The notes: generated by a model not told the origin, from the letters alone. A DNA stretch of 64,000 bases from Takakia lepidozioides (GCA_030704615.1 CM060732.1:15996001-16060000), one strand, 5' to 3'; numbered from the stretch's first letter, positions 50,401-63,755 are shown. A program made the numbers and translations.

Positions 50401-51015
50401 GAAAGCCCAAGTACGACATACAAACAATGCCAGAGGCTCCCCCGTGTGGCCGGTGGAACCAGGCTGCGATCTGAGTCAGGTTGAGGCCAACGCCCTTACC
50501 GCCGCAGGATTTTGGATGGTGCAGCGCACTGACGTCCCCAGAGAACCATTTCCGCTTCCACAGCCTCCACCACCGACCCCTGTGAGAGCAAGAACAATGG
50601 GACACGACAGCTCTAAGCATCCTACACACCGTTGGGGGAAACCGAAGAGGCGGCGACCTCCCTCAAAAGTGAACGAGACAAGGATGGGGAATGCACTTCG
50701 GATGAACTGTACAATCCAGAGCTCGACAGAAGTGCCCCCACCAGGATCCGGGCGTGTGTATCAGATGGCCACGGCGGGCTCAGCTGTTCGCAATGAGTGT
50801 ACACCATCACCATTTCAGAATTACCCACCTGCAATTGCACCGACTTCCAGATCATGGCGAACAAGGGGGCATCATACTGCCCTTGCAAGCATTTGTACTA
50901 CGTGTACCTAAAGAGACTCCGTTTGTAATTCCACAACTCAACACTTCATACATGCACCAGGGTTGAGCCCCAGGAGGTTCACACTCTTCTGAATATGGAT
51001 CCAGGGGACCAGTGA
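47412..51015 (+). pseudogene. Mutator-like transposase copy 2 (best preserved; frameshifts, no obvious nonsense codons)
   Basis: DGHPW..CAGKLRC..CAHC..C..GVHCHP. D(MFDH)-D(MADN)-CGFH-E(NMAES). Intron 49505-49587. C-terminal SWIM. Confidence 0.88.
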
Positions 51016-51858
51016 GCTTGGCTTGCGGTCCCAATACAATGGTACGCCCATCCTTTTCGGATAGTATAACTGTACTGCTGCCAGTACCTCAGACTCTGAC
51101 CACAAAAAGGTTCGACATATGTCTTGCCTACCAGTAACCTGTTTTGCTCGAACTAAGATATTACTATATCGTTCACTTGTTTCCACGTGCATGTATTTTT
51201 GTATGTTGAGGGTTCATGTTTTTCTGCTTTCCGAAAACTTGCTTTCCTCATTCGACCTCCGACAAGGAAATGCGGCGCCGCATTTTCCAAGTATCGTCGT
51301 AGGTACTGGTAGAGGCGGCCTTCGCCAACACCAAACCGCTCCGAAATTTCGCACGTGCGAACCCTAATGCGGCACCTTATTTCCCAGTTCAGTTGCAAAC
51401 CTTTCCCGCCGAATACCCGAAGAAGACAGAATTGTGAAGTACTGCAGACTGTATTGGTGCAGACTCCATTGGTTCAATCGCGGCAAAAGGGTCAGCTTCA
51501 TTCCAATGTTAAGGCATGTAAAACCGCGGAATACTCTATACAGGCCAGTATGCGACGTCCTTTTGCAGTGGTATACTGGATTTCCCGTTGCACGGTCACT
51601 TATTTCCATGAGCGGATCTATAAAACCATGAGCGGACTTGTTACTGACGACATATCTTTGCCGCATTACATGATCTGGAACGTCCAAAAACGGCAAGGTC
51701 AAATTAAAAAACTATTATTTTAATACTTGTTTAATCTGCCGCATTTCCAAATTTGGAGGAGTCCGCTCATGAAATCCGCGTATCTTAGACTTCGGCTCAC
51801 CGCTCATGCGGCTCATGGCTCATGGCTCATGGTTTCTGCTCATGAAATAGTAAACCTC

Positions 51859-52711
51859 GTACTCAGCCTGCGCAGAACAATCAGTCATGACCTACAGCTA
51901 GTGTATCATGGGGGTGTTTCCTATTTGTTTCCCTTTTGGCATTCATGTTAGCTACCTTACCATTGATAATTAAGTACCAATTTGCTTTATCAATCTATTG
52001 GATTCCATCAACTCATCCATTCATTCCACAGCTTCACTCAGATCTCTCTACACAGTGTGATTGTATCGTATAAGTATCCGATTATGATTTATCAGGTGTC
52101 AGGCCGAAGCTATTGTGTCTCTAATCTGCTCTACAATATCACTACAGCTTTGCATATAACAAGCATCTACTCATCATCTCTCCATCTTCACTTCCGTTCT
52201 TCATCTCTGCCCGATCCCCTCTCCTGCATGACCAATAATTGCTTCCCCACCAGTGCCTCCAAGAATCCCCCCCAAAAAGCCCCTGCTTCTCCCTTTATCT
52301 TCCTACCCGTGGCTCTAACCGTTTCCCTCACTAACCGTCGTCCGTGAACTAACATGTTCATTTTGCAGGTGTTGTTCCCCACAGTCGTTCCCTTCCTGCT
52401 CTCCGTTCCCTATGGTCGTGACAGCTGTGTCAAGCTGTGACTGGCTGTGCGACTGTGTTTGGCTGTGTCGGGCTGTGACTGGCTGTGTCTGCTGTGACGG
52501 GCTGTGTTGGCTGTGTCGGCTGTGTCGGCTGTGACTGCTGTGACAACTGTGACGGGCTGTGTTGGCTGTGTCGGCTGTGACGGGCTGTGTAACCCCCCTG
52601 TACAGTGCGCTGCTGTCACCCCTAAGGCTCCTGTTGGTCTCAGTCTGTGCAAAATTAAGGGTACCCTATAGATCCCGTATAAGTGTCTAAGTCCCAGACA
52701 GTCCTCTAACA
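51859..52711 (-). mobile_element. 3' LTR of gypsy B (minus strand, last ~80 bp missing), preceded by a PPT
   Basis: Reverse complement of 38380-39260. PPT AAGAGGGGAAGAGGTAA at 52712-52728(-). Confidence 0.9.
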
Positions 52712-52749
52712 TTACCTCTTCCCCTCTTAAAAAGCCGTGTCCTCACGGT

Positions 52750-55700
52750 TTACTGATTGCGATTAGCAAACCTTTGTGAGTGAGCACCTTTCTGACGTTG
52801 AGAGTTTCGTGGCGGACTGTGTGTACGAGCCCGAGGTCTGTCTCTGGTTGACGGAGATGTTTGATCACTACCTGGATAAGTGAGGCCCTCTGGAGGCTGA
52901 TATCGAGGTAACCTTTCAGGCATAGGAGACCCCCGTCGCTTCTTCTCTGCCATCTGAATTGCATAGTCTTCTCCCATGTCAAAAGAATTCGGTGAAGAAA
53001 CAGTTGTATCAGAATCTTCATCGCCTCTCAGGTGTTTTAATTTTCGAACTTTTTGTGGAATCCTCTGGGGCATACAATGCTGTCCTACCATGTCTGGAAG
53101 TTTATATTTTACAACTTGTTGTAACCGCTGAACAGCAAAATTGGTGTAGACACTGAGCTCCTTGTCTGTCCAGGTGAGTGGGGTACCAATTACTGGTGCA
53201 GCGTGCAAGTATTTCCATGCCACATGTCCCTTATAGAAAATATCATCAATGCCGAATTTATGTGTTGACAAATTGTTCCAGGCCGCTTGAAACCATGAAC
53301 GAATTTGAGAATCATTTTGCATCATAACTTTTGCGTCATATAGGTACATATGAGGTGGCACCGAAGGTAATACCCAATGATCCCCACTGGAATAACTCAG
53401 AAAGCGCGCTTGCATCTTTTGTTGCTCAATGTGATAACGTACCAGAAAACAAGCAGCGTAGTATACCCGCATCCCATGACAATACTTGCTACCTCCTTGG
53501 TCTTGGTATAAATGAGTCCATGTACAACCTGGAAAGCATTAATTCCCTCAACATGGTACCTGCCTCGTGCCAGTACTGTGCAAAGTGATGATCCTCAATT
53601 GTTCGATTGTTCGGAAGAACTTTAGTCCTAGTTGTCACTGACAGCCAGATGCGCATGATTTGGTAGTAATGTGCGAATGACTGCGGAGGACTAAATTCTT
53701 TCCAAGCCAAATCCAACATGATGGGAATTTGGTTGAAGGGCATAATCATAGCCCTACTGTACTCCCTTGCAACTGGAGTTTTAGGTGGGTTAAAAGCAGC
53801 ATTGCCCCATACCTCAGGCTGTGGTGGCTGTGGTGTGGTTGTAGTAACAACAGGTTCAGCTACTGGTACAGTGACTTGTTGTGGTGTTGGTGGTACTGGC
53901 TCTTGTATCATTGGCATCTCCTGCACCTCCTGTGAAGACTGAAAAGCCAAAGTTCTGGCTTGTAAATAAGAAGCCATTAGCTGTTCCTGAGGGATATAGA
54001 CTCTTTTGTCGATGAAGTCAGGTCCTCCACTTGAGTCTGCAGTCCGTCTATATCCTCCTGTAACTCTGCTATCCTACTATAGACATTGTCTATAGTAGTT
54101 GTGGCAATGTTCTGCACTTGTAGTCTGAGCTCATTCATCTCGCTTTGGGTGAGCTTTCGTGGTGCTTTGCCCTCTACTGGCCCTTGTGCTAACCAGACCT
54201 GCATAAGGCTGTTATCCACCAAGTTGCTTGTGGTTCCCCTGAGAGTTTGCTCCTCTCTTAGCTTGTACACTTCTAACTGCTGTTGTAAAGCCTCCATGCG
54301 CTTCGCATGAGGTTCAACCAGATTCGCATATGCAGCAAGTAGATTATTAGCTTCCTTCCAAGCCTTGTTAGTGACCGTGATTTCAGTTCTATTGGCCATG
54401 AGCGTTTGTTGCAACTCCACGATGTGCTTCTCTTGATCAGCTTCAACCTGCCTGTATCGCTTGAAAGTATCTTCATTGCGACATATTGTATTCTTCATAT
54501 CGACAATGAGTTTCATTTGCTCAACATTCTCTTCTTCTACCTTCGTACATTTTTCCGCTTGACTGTTTATTTCTTTTGTAGATTGGTCAAGCATAGTTGT
54601 GAATGGAGCACATTGTATCGTCATCCTGTCATGCACTGTCTGCAACTCCGTATGTAGTGCATTCACTTCTTGCAACTTGCTTTCATGCTGCACCTGCATT
54701 TGGTATAGCAGTTGCTTATGTGCTTCGTGCAACTGGTCTTGCGCGAGGCCTGCCTCAATTAATTGTTCATTGGCCAGTTGCAAAACCGCTTCTGTATTCT
54801 CCAAGTCTTGCTGCATCTTGAGAGTGAGCTCTTCATCGACCTTGTTTGCACATTCAGTGGCTAGTCGAGCTTCAAACTCCTTCCTGAGTTCCTCTCTCAA
54901 GGCTGTCAATTGGGTAGTTGGAACATGGGATTTGACATAAGTCCCCAACAAATTAAGTGTCCTGGCTATGGAACTCATCAGCATTGCCTGTTGAGGGTCA
55001 TCATGGTGAGGTTGCTGCTGTTCCTCCTGATCCTCAACAGTGTGATGTCTCACGAATCACTCAGGCCATTGTCCCACCGGATTTTCTTCCTGAACCACTT
55101 CATCTATCACCGGTGCTACAGTGTCATGACCTTCTGCCTGTGGCACCTCCGACACAGGTGTGCGTATTATATGCACCTCAGGATTTCCCTTGGGCAACTG
55201 TTGCACCTCTGGAATCTCTGTCTCCTTGACCAGACCAGAATATTCATAGAGAAGGTCCCCCTTCTCCATTTCTGCCACTATCTGTTCTGTAGTTGGAATA
55301 TCTAACCCTTCTTTTTCCAAATCAATTATTTCTGGTTGAGCTACATGGACAACTTGTGACCTTGTGACAAGCCGATCAGCTGGCTGTGATGGTTGTGATA
55401 CTGAAGTAACTTCCTCCTCCCTCTCTGAAGGTCCTGCTTCCAGTAATAGCATTTCTCTGTGCTGCTGTGCCCCTTCCTGCACATGAGCTTGGGAAACATT
55501 ATCATGCGGAATCCGTGAAGCCAGTGGATCCGCCACTACAGTTTTTCCCCGTCTCTGCCTCTTAGTCTCGGGTTGCCCTGCTAGTCCACCCTCACTGTGT
55601 GAAGAGCCTTGCTCTTCCATTGCAGTGGTTTCTGGCTCAAACACTCACATCTCCTTTCTTTCTTGCGCATCAAGTATGCCAGAATCAAGAATTATTTGAG

Positions 55701-56300
55701 CAATGATTGGGCCAGACACTATGATAGGAGACTTTGCGGTAGTACCTTGTAATCTTTTCATCTCCTCCACCAGTGCGTTGTACATTATGTCCGCCCATTG
55801 TACCTCTTGTCCCTTCAGGGCTTTGAGTATTTCCTCCATGAAGGATCTGCTCAAATACTGTTGGTTCTGTTTCATGGCAATCAAAACGTTCAATACCTGG
55901 CCTACCTACTTTAGCCCTGGGTACACAGCCTTGGTACAAGCATAACCCTGAGTTTTAAAGAAACTCCCTTCTTGGAATAAGTCCCCTATTTGCAGTCTTG
56001 CCCTGTGTTCCTCCACATGCACCTGACCTGCTGGCAATCGAAACAATTGCTGGAGGTATAGGGGAGTAATCACTAATTCAACTCCCTTCACCGTTGTTGT
56101 TCATGTCCTTGGCTCAAAGTTCTGCAAAAATTGTAACATGTACTGTCTATGGTGTAATGTCCAATCTATGCTTTGCAATCCCTGCAATCTCAGCTCCTCC
56201 AGTATCTGTATCGCCTGTGGGGTAGCAATCGTTTGTTTCTGCAGAATTGTGGTGCTCTTCACCCTGATTTCCTCCATTCCTCTCACTCTCTTCATTTTAG
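52750..56300 (-). pseudogene. Extra ORFs of gypsy B between pol and the 3' LTR
   Basis: One frame runs ~56300-53977 with stops (plant-transposon-like N-domain plus long coiled coil). A second ORF, 53977-52750, has one stop and one frameshift. Confidence 0.7.
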
Positions 56301-56984
56301 ACTCACAGAACTGTTTTGGCTGTAACAACTGCAGAAATGCCTGTAGTGCACAAAGCATAAACGTATGGTTGCCACAAAAAGCTATGGGTAATTTCTTGTA
56401 AGCCTGTGGAGCTTGCAAGCATCGTTCAAGAGAAAAGCTCCGCTCTGTTCTTTCGTGTCTATGCCACTGCGTAAGTAATATTGCGAGCGTATAGTCTGTT
56501 AGTTCCTCCATAGTTTCCAAGCTATAGCATTGATGGTCTGTCCCGTCGAGACGCTCGTTACTCAGAACGACGTCGCCTCTTGCGCTCAATTTCCCTCCAT
56601 TTTCTTGTTCCTTTCTCTGGCTTTCTATTGGCTGTATCCGCTGTGACTGGATTTTAGATTTTATTTTCTTTAGTGGACTTTCCCTGCTAGATAGTTCACT
56701 AGGATCACACATGTGACAAGAATTTCGCTTTTCTGTACTTGCCGTTTGTTCCGTTCCCCTTTTTCCGTATTCATTAATGGGCCCGCCTTTCATCCATTTT
56801 GACGGCCGTTCTTGTCCTCTTTCTTTATGACACCTGTTTTTGCACTTCCTTCTCAGCTGTGTGTCGCGCCCTGACTTCCACGTGTCTATTTTTAAACTGG
56901 TTTCCGTCTTTTCTTCCGTCAGCCATTTTCCTGAAGTTATTGTGTGTCCACCTGTCACTGATTCTATGGATCGTGTAACCCAAG

Positions 56985-57262
56985 TGGGCTGTGTTGAGCT
57001 GTGACAGGCTGTGTCATACTGTGGTACGCTGTGATAGGCTGTGATGCACTGTGGTAAGCTGTGATAGGCTGTGACACGCGGTGGTAGGCTTTGATAGGCT
57101 GTGTTGTGCCGTGCTGGGTTGTGATAGGCTGTGTCACGTTGTGATGGGCTGTGATAGGCTATGTTTCACCTTGGTGGGCTGTGATAGGCTGTGCTTCGCC
57201 TTGATGGGTTGTGATAGGTTGTGTTTCGCCTTGATGGGCTGTGATAGGCTGTGCTTCGCCTT
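56985..57262. repeat. ~30-bp tandem repeat (GATGGGCTGTGATAGGCTGTGCTTCGCCTT-like) in the gypsy B 3' region
   Basis: About 9 degenerate units. Confidence 0.85.
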
Positions 57263-57299
57263 GTCCGCCCGCCCTGGTCATATATGCTTGGCCTAGCGA

Positions 57300-58021
57300 C
57301 AAGTGCTCCATACTCCGTTGGTAACACTGGTACAGCCCGTGATTGCTCTTGCGTTTCAACATGCAAGTCATGCTGCAAGGGTTTGTCATGGATACCACTG
57401 TATCCCTTTAACTTATTGGCATTGACTCTTCCCAGCATTTCTTTGTTAATGGTTTGTAACATGGCGGTGTTGTTATCATACATCTTTTGTATGACATAAG
57501 GTCCTTTCCATGGTGATTTAAGCTCAGAAGCTTTAATCTTTCCTTTCTTCTGTAACCATAGAACCAAATCCCCCGTCTTAAAAGTCTTTAACTTGCCTTC
57601 ATCAAACTGTTCCTTTCTCTTCATCTGTATTCTGGTCATATTATCAGCTGCATCAGCACGTACTTCTTCCACATGGTATAATTCATGTTTCATGACCTTA
57701 ATGGAATCTTGCAATTCCATTCTCTTTCCCCATTCCGTTCTCATGGTAGGTAACAGGAATTCCACTGGAAGTCGGGCTTCCATACCATAAACTAATTGGA
57801 ATGGTGTATACTTAGTGGTGACTTTATATGCAGTCCTGTATGACCACAAAGCTGTCAGCAGCTTTGTATCCCAATCCGTTCTGTTTGCATTGACTATCTT
57901 AGCCAAGATAGTACATAGTATTTTGTTGGTAGCCTCTGCCTGCCCATTACCCTGTGGGTAATATGTTGTACTCTTTCTATGCACAATCATGAACTCTTTA
58001 GTCAACAACTCAATGGTCTTT
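57300..58021 (-). pseudogene. Gypsy B integrase C-half
   Basis: KTIELL..STTYYPQGNGQAEATNK..WD..L..AL..YRT..TPFQLVYG..WKGPY. Confidence 0.92.
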
Positions 58022-58273
58022 TGACAAGTCCCCACTCGTCATCCTGTCGACCAGTTGGACGCCACTACCAGGTCTACACGTGGACATTTTGAATATGAAA
58101 CAACGATCTGCCTCAGTCCCTTGTCCTGGAAACCTACTTCCATGAATGTAGTCATATCCACATCGTCGCTTCACCTCCAGAATGGAGTGCATATCCGAGC
58201 CACGCCCAATTTTCTGTTTGCATGAGACAATGTGGTTTCGGACATTTGGTGAACAACCTCCCTCACAAATCAA
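58022..58273 (-). pseudogene. Internal fragment of a diverged third MULE transposase
   Basis: CSPNVRNHIVSCKQ..GYDYIHGSRFPGQG..FKMST matches 48708-48940. Confidence 0.9.
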
Positions 58274-58849
58274 TTATGCAATTCCACCACCATCATGATA
58301 GCTAAACCCCAGACCCATCAGTTACAAACACAAATTTCAAAAATGAGAGAACAAAAAGTTCCTGCTGAGCAATGGAACCTCCTCTTTCTGTTATTTGCAT
58401 GAAAAGTAAGCAATTTACCAAATGTTAATATCCTCTCAGAAACTCCCGGTCACAAGCACAGACTGCACATGAGTGAACATCTACAAATGTCTTCCCTTAG
58501 GTTTACGCGGAATACGTCAACAACGTCGACTAACATGCATTCCCCCCAGCACCTACAAGCCAGCGACCATCGTGTAATTAGGAATGGAACATAAGGAAAT
58601 AGCAAACACTATGAAATAATTCATTAACATAAATGAAACATATATGCCGCATGGATACATCAAGAACAAGGACAGCGAGGAGTGTAAACACTGCAATCAT
58701 GGAGGTGCTCGACAAGTTCTGCAAGTTCGAGATGTTCATAAAACCAACTTGAGTGATGACGTTCACAATGAAAAACAATGGAAGTCCGGTCTGACCCACT
58801 AGGATTTCCATAATGCAACATGCAAAGTGGGCATCTTATATGTGGAGTG

Positions 58850-59020
58850 ACGATCCACTAGATCCCCATGACTACATGCAGAGAGAAGGCATACAAATGT
58901 GATACAATTTGGTTTCAAGCCTTCTTGCCGCATTTGTTCAAATAATTTCATGGCTTCTATACCACACCCATGCTGCAGCTTCATGCTTTTGCATTTTTGC
59001 ATACATGTCAACAAGGGCAG
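58850..59020 (-). pseudogene. PLS-class PPR gene fragment
   Basis: ALVDMYAK followed by AMKLFEQMRQEGLKPNCITFVCLLSACSH. Confidence 0.75.
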
Positions 59021-59129
59021 TCTCCATAATGATATGTGATGCAGGGCAGAAGCATGCTACAGTGGCTCACTTTTGTCTAGTCTATTCTAATCTACTCTCA
59101 TTTTTCATCTTCAAAACACAACAGCTTTG

Positions 59130-61600
59130 TTTGGAAACCAATGCCTCCCCAACCACGCCCTCGCCCTTCCACCAATTTCCAATTAAATTACGTTTAAATA
59201 AATTTCAAGCAAATAAATAAGTTTACATTGTCTTTGATTGGGGTTTTCTGCTACGTAACGGTTTAATTTTTTTCTCAATCTTGTTCTCCGACTTCAATCC
59301 TCCCACCGCTACATCCCTACAAAAATTTGGACAAAAACGCCGTCCAACATGTCCCAGAGTAATAACACATCAAACGAAATTCATCCAACGGTTGAACGGA
59401 TGGTTGTCCGTCCAAATCATTCTTGTTTGCTTTCAAACTTTGTCAGTACGTTCGGTACACTCTCTCACAGGTCCCGGACTAATATGAGATCAATCGAAAT
59501 TCATTCGATGGCTGAACGGATGGTTGCCCATCCGAACGATGTTGGTTCGCTTTCGGACTTTGCCAGTGTGCTCAATGTACTATCTAAGAGGTCCTAGAGT
59601 AATATGAGATAAAACGAAATTCGTCCAATGGACCAACGGATGGTTGCCTATCTAAATGATTTTCATTCGCTTCGAGACTTGGCCAGTATGTTCAATGTAC
59701 CATTTAACAAATCCCAGAGTAATATGAAATCAATCTAAATTTGTTCAATAGGCCAATGAGGCGTTCACATGTCATCCAATTTTGTTCATCGCAAAAAAAA
59801 AACCATGTCATGGGTGAACGACCAATACACCCATTGAACGGATGAGGTTGAGGCGCATATTTTGCCCGCATGTGCTTGAATATGTGTGCAATACATGGCG
59901 GAGAAACAAGAGAAGCAACAAACATTTGCCTCCCCAACCACGCCCTCGCCCTTCCACCAATTTCCAATTAAATTACGTTTAAATAAATTTCAAGCAAATA
60001 AATAAGTTTACATTGTCTTCGATTGGGGTTTTCTGCTACATAACGGTTTTATTTTTTCCTCAATCTTGTTCTCCGACTTCAACCCTCGCACCGCTACATC
60101 CCTACAAAAATTGGCATATGCCGTCATTAGACATATGGTTAAAAAATGGAATGAAAGAAAAATCATGTGCACCCGAAACGCCGTCCAATAGGTCCCAGAG
60201 TAATAGCACATCAAACGAAATTCATCCAACGGTTGAACGGATGGTTGTCCGTCCAAATCATTCTTGTTTGCTTTCAAACTTTGTCAGTACGTTCGGTACA
60301 CCCTCTCACAGGTCCCGGACTAATATGAGATCAATCGAAATTCATTCGATGGCTGAACGGATGGTTGCCCATCCGAACGATTTTGGTTCGCTTTCGGACT
60401 TTGCCAGTGTGCTCAATGTACTATCTAAGAGGTCCTAGAGTAATATGAGATAAAACGAAATTCGTCCAATGGACCAACGGATGGTTGCCTATCCAAATGA
60501 TTTTCATTCGCTTCGAGACTTGGCCAGTATGTTCAATGTACCATTTAACAGATCCCAGAGTAATATGAAATCAATCTAAATTTGTTCAATAGGCCAATGA
60601 GGCGTTCATATGTCATCCAATTTTGTTCATCGCGAAAAAAAAATCCTGTCATGGGTGAACGGCCAATACACCCATTGAACGGATGAGGTTGAGGCGCATA
60701 TTTTGCTCGCATGTGCTTGAATATGTATGTAACACATGGCGGAGAAACAAGAGAAGCAACAAACATTTGCCTCCCCAACCACGCCCTCGCCCTTCCACCA
60801 ATTTTCAATTAAATTAAGTTTAAATGAATTTCAAGCAAATAAATAAGTTTACATTGTCTTTGATTGGGGTTTTCTGCTATGTAACAATTTTATTTTTTGC
60901 TCAATGTTGTTCTCTGGCTTCTACCTTCCCACCGCTACATTCCTACAAAAATTTGGACCAAACAAAAATGATTTTCTTAAAAAAATGTTCACCTTACTCA
61001 CTATTGCAGAACTCTCTATGAAGAGTGTATGAAGTAGTAGACAAATCAAGTTTGGAGTGCAAATTAGAGAAGAAACTGTGGTTTTGGGTCCTAATGACTT
61101 TTGTTCGCTATGAAATTTGGCACGCACGTTGCATATGCCGTCATTAGACATATGGCTAAAAAATGGAATGAAAGAAAAATCATGTGCACCCGAAACGCCA
61201 TCCAACATGTCCCAGAGTAATAGCACATCAAACGGAATTCATCCAACGGTTGAACGGATGGTTGCCCATCCAAATCATTTTTGTTTATTTTCAAACTTTG
61301 CCAGTACGTTTGGTACACCCTCTCACAGGTCCTGGACTAATATAAGATCAATCCAAAATTCATTCAATGGCTGAACGGATGGTTGCCCATCCGAACGATT
61401 TTGGTTCGCTTTCCGACTTTGCCAGTGTACTCAATGTACCATCTAAGAGGTCATAGAGTAATATGAGATGAAACGAAATTCGTCCAATGGGCCAACGGAT
61501 GGTTGCCTATCCAAATGATTTTCGTTCGCTTCGAGACTTCGTCAGTATGTCCAATGTATCATCTGACAAGTCCCAGAGTAATATGAGATCAATCAAAACT
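59130..61600. repeat. Higher-order tandem repeat (roughly 0.8-kb units, about 3 copies, built from ~120-bp subunits)
   Basis: GCCTCCCCAACCACGCCCTCGCCC recurs at ~59142, ~59928 and ~60769. Homologous to 14880-16125. Confidence 0.9.
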
Positions 61601-61699
61601 ATATATTGTTTCGTTAACTTTGTGGGTTTGTTCTTCATACATAGATCGAATTTTCGACATGATTATGAAATATGAGACTAGGCGAAATTTGTCAGGAAG

Positions 61700-63050
61700 A
61701 CGAGCGTTCGTAACTCGTTATAACTTATTGGTTAACATCCATTTTCCTTGTTGCCCATCTTTCGGAGTTCATTGCAGATACCCACATACACCTCATGACC
61801 AAATATTACACCATTGTAAATTTGAGGGTGAACCACTTCTTCTACATCACATGAGTGCAAAACCGGAAGAAAACGCGATACGCTGTTCATGCAATTGAAA
61901 TTTGCAGGTGCCGCACATGTGTATTAACAAAATTGGTGCATATACAAAAATTGGCGGAGTGCTATCAGTGTGTTCCAGAAATTCAAGGTACAACAAAAAT
62001 CCACATTGTCTATGTACTACGTTACTACTCATTCGAATCATCGTCGTCACTGTCCTAGGACAAGGGATGTGATGTTGTGGCATGATTTGCACTACCAGTA
62101 CGGAGAGCCTGGGACCGTGATCTCGTGGTCAATGAGGGACCCAATGACATGTGATCAATTCTGACCAGCATCCGCTTACTTTGCGGCGAAAGTTGACTTT
62201 CTTGCAGAATCTCACGACGTGACGAGGGTCAAAGACGTCCGTAATTCCGGCAATGATGCGGTCAATACTGCAATCTGGCATTGTAAACTCCGCGGACATG
62301 TCCACGTCGTTCGTTTGAACATTATTGTGGACAGCGCCTCATTGTTTCGAGGCGTGTTTTGCAATGTACCCTCCAACTCGGCTATGCGCAGTCTGTCATT
62401 CCACAAGGTTCTGCAGGGTTCGGACTCGCTGTTTTGTTTCCACCAGTTCATCCTCTAACGTTCCAGATACTTGTTGCACCGGTGCCTCAGGCACGCCTAG
62501 TATCATAGCCTGGGGTACCGGTGCCCCGCGCACGCCCAGTATCGTAACCGGGGGTGTTCCAAACGTGTTCGAGATGTTGACGAAATGGTATTGCATCGTT
62601 GCGTTCTTCCTACTAGCAATTTGTCAATTCACTGGACGCAACAATATCACCTCCACGTACAATATGGCTGCCAAGGTGTACAAGATTTAGTCCTTTAATA
62701 GTGGTTCATCCCACAACGTGCAATGCACCTCAGTTGCCCTATGCTGGAAATGCAAATTCATGCAAGACATGAAGTCCGCGCAATTGTTTCTGGTTTGCAC
62801 CACATGCCTAGATCTAGGCCACAATTGATTGATGTGACACCATTTCATGAATTCTTTGCATCTCGTGCTCGGCCACCTGAACTCTTCCGGAAAATCCTCC
62901 CATCATTCTTCCGCTAGTATGCTAGGGTCATCATATACTTCTCAATTTAAGTCATGCCTTGACCATTTGATTTTCTTAAGGGGCAGTCCATGTTCATAGG
63001 GGTCATCTTTTCCATGACGTTCATCGTCCTGGCCGACCTCTGTCATTTTG
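61700..63050 (-). pseudogene. Diverged homolog of the 11839 ORF (N-domain)
   Basis: Minus-strand CKEFMKWCHINQLWPR..HFQHRATEVHCTLW..LY.E.ILLRPV aligns by eye with CKKFVDWCHINRLWPR..HFHHRAEEVHTTLW..LYTELILLRPV. The 3' end is uncertain. Confidence 0.8.
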
Positions 63051-63684
63051 TAACAATCGGAGCAACCCTAAATGACGTTTACTAATAAGTAACGGAAAGT
63101 TAAACACTACTAAAGCAAACGTGGAAATGGCTAAGAATTAAAGAACTGCGATCTCGATCGTAAAATTACAATTGACCCTAAACCCTTAACACAAAACGGG
63201 TTTGAATAAGTGTCATAATAGTTTCCTTCTTCTTCATGACAACCTCATGCAACGGAAACCAATGCTTCTTGAGCTGCAGAGATCACAAACCGCATGGATC
63301 AGGTTCAGAGTTGGAAAAAGAAACACCATGTCAATAATTGAAACCCATACTATGAAAAGCAACATATGGAAATAAACAGTCAGAAACGTACCGGGCCTGC
63401 ACCTCCAGCCCGTGGATGTAGAAAGGTTTGATTCAAGTAAACACCTATGTAATGTGCCGTGAAACAACCACCCATTTCTTGGGACACTGGTGCATGGGAG
63501 AAAGACAATTTTTTCTTACTTGTGGTTTTGTGAGGTGATTGCATGCATAGCGACTGAACCCAAAAATAAACCTCTGAAAAAAAATAAAAAATATGATGCC
63601 TCCCGAAGGGAGCGTAACTTATGGTGTCACTTCACCACAAGGGCTACTGCCTTCCAGCTGAAAGGTGGACACCTTCATGACACA

Positions 63685-63755
63685 CCAGACCGTGGTTTGA
63701 ACCCACAACCACATCCAACGTGGTATGTGCCCATTACCACTGGGCTACATGCTGG
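63685..63755 (-). other. tRNA-like sequence (pseudo-tRNA or SINE head)
   Basis: Minus strand reads CCAG..TAGCCCAGTGG (A box)..GGTTCAAACC (B box)..CTGG. Confidence 0.55.

Noticed and set aside
38380-52711. Opposed LTR-B copies as TIRs of a DIRS-like or giant element linked to the recombinase
   Set aside because: PBS, PPT and a DDE integrase show an ordinary gypsy; the opposite orientation is explained by inversion or a second insertion.
63685-63755. Functional tRNA gene
   Set aside because: The stems are imperfect and no clear anticodon arm is seen; kept only as tRNA-like.
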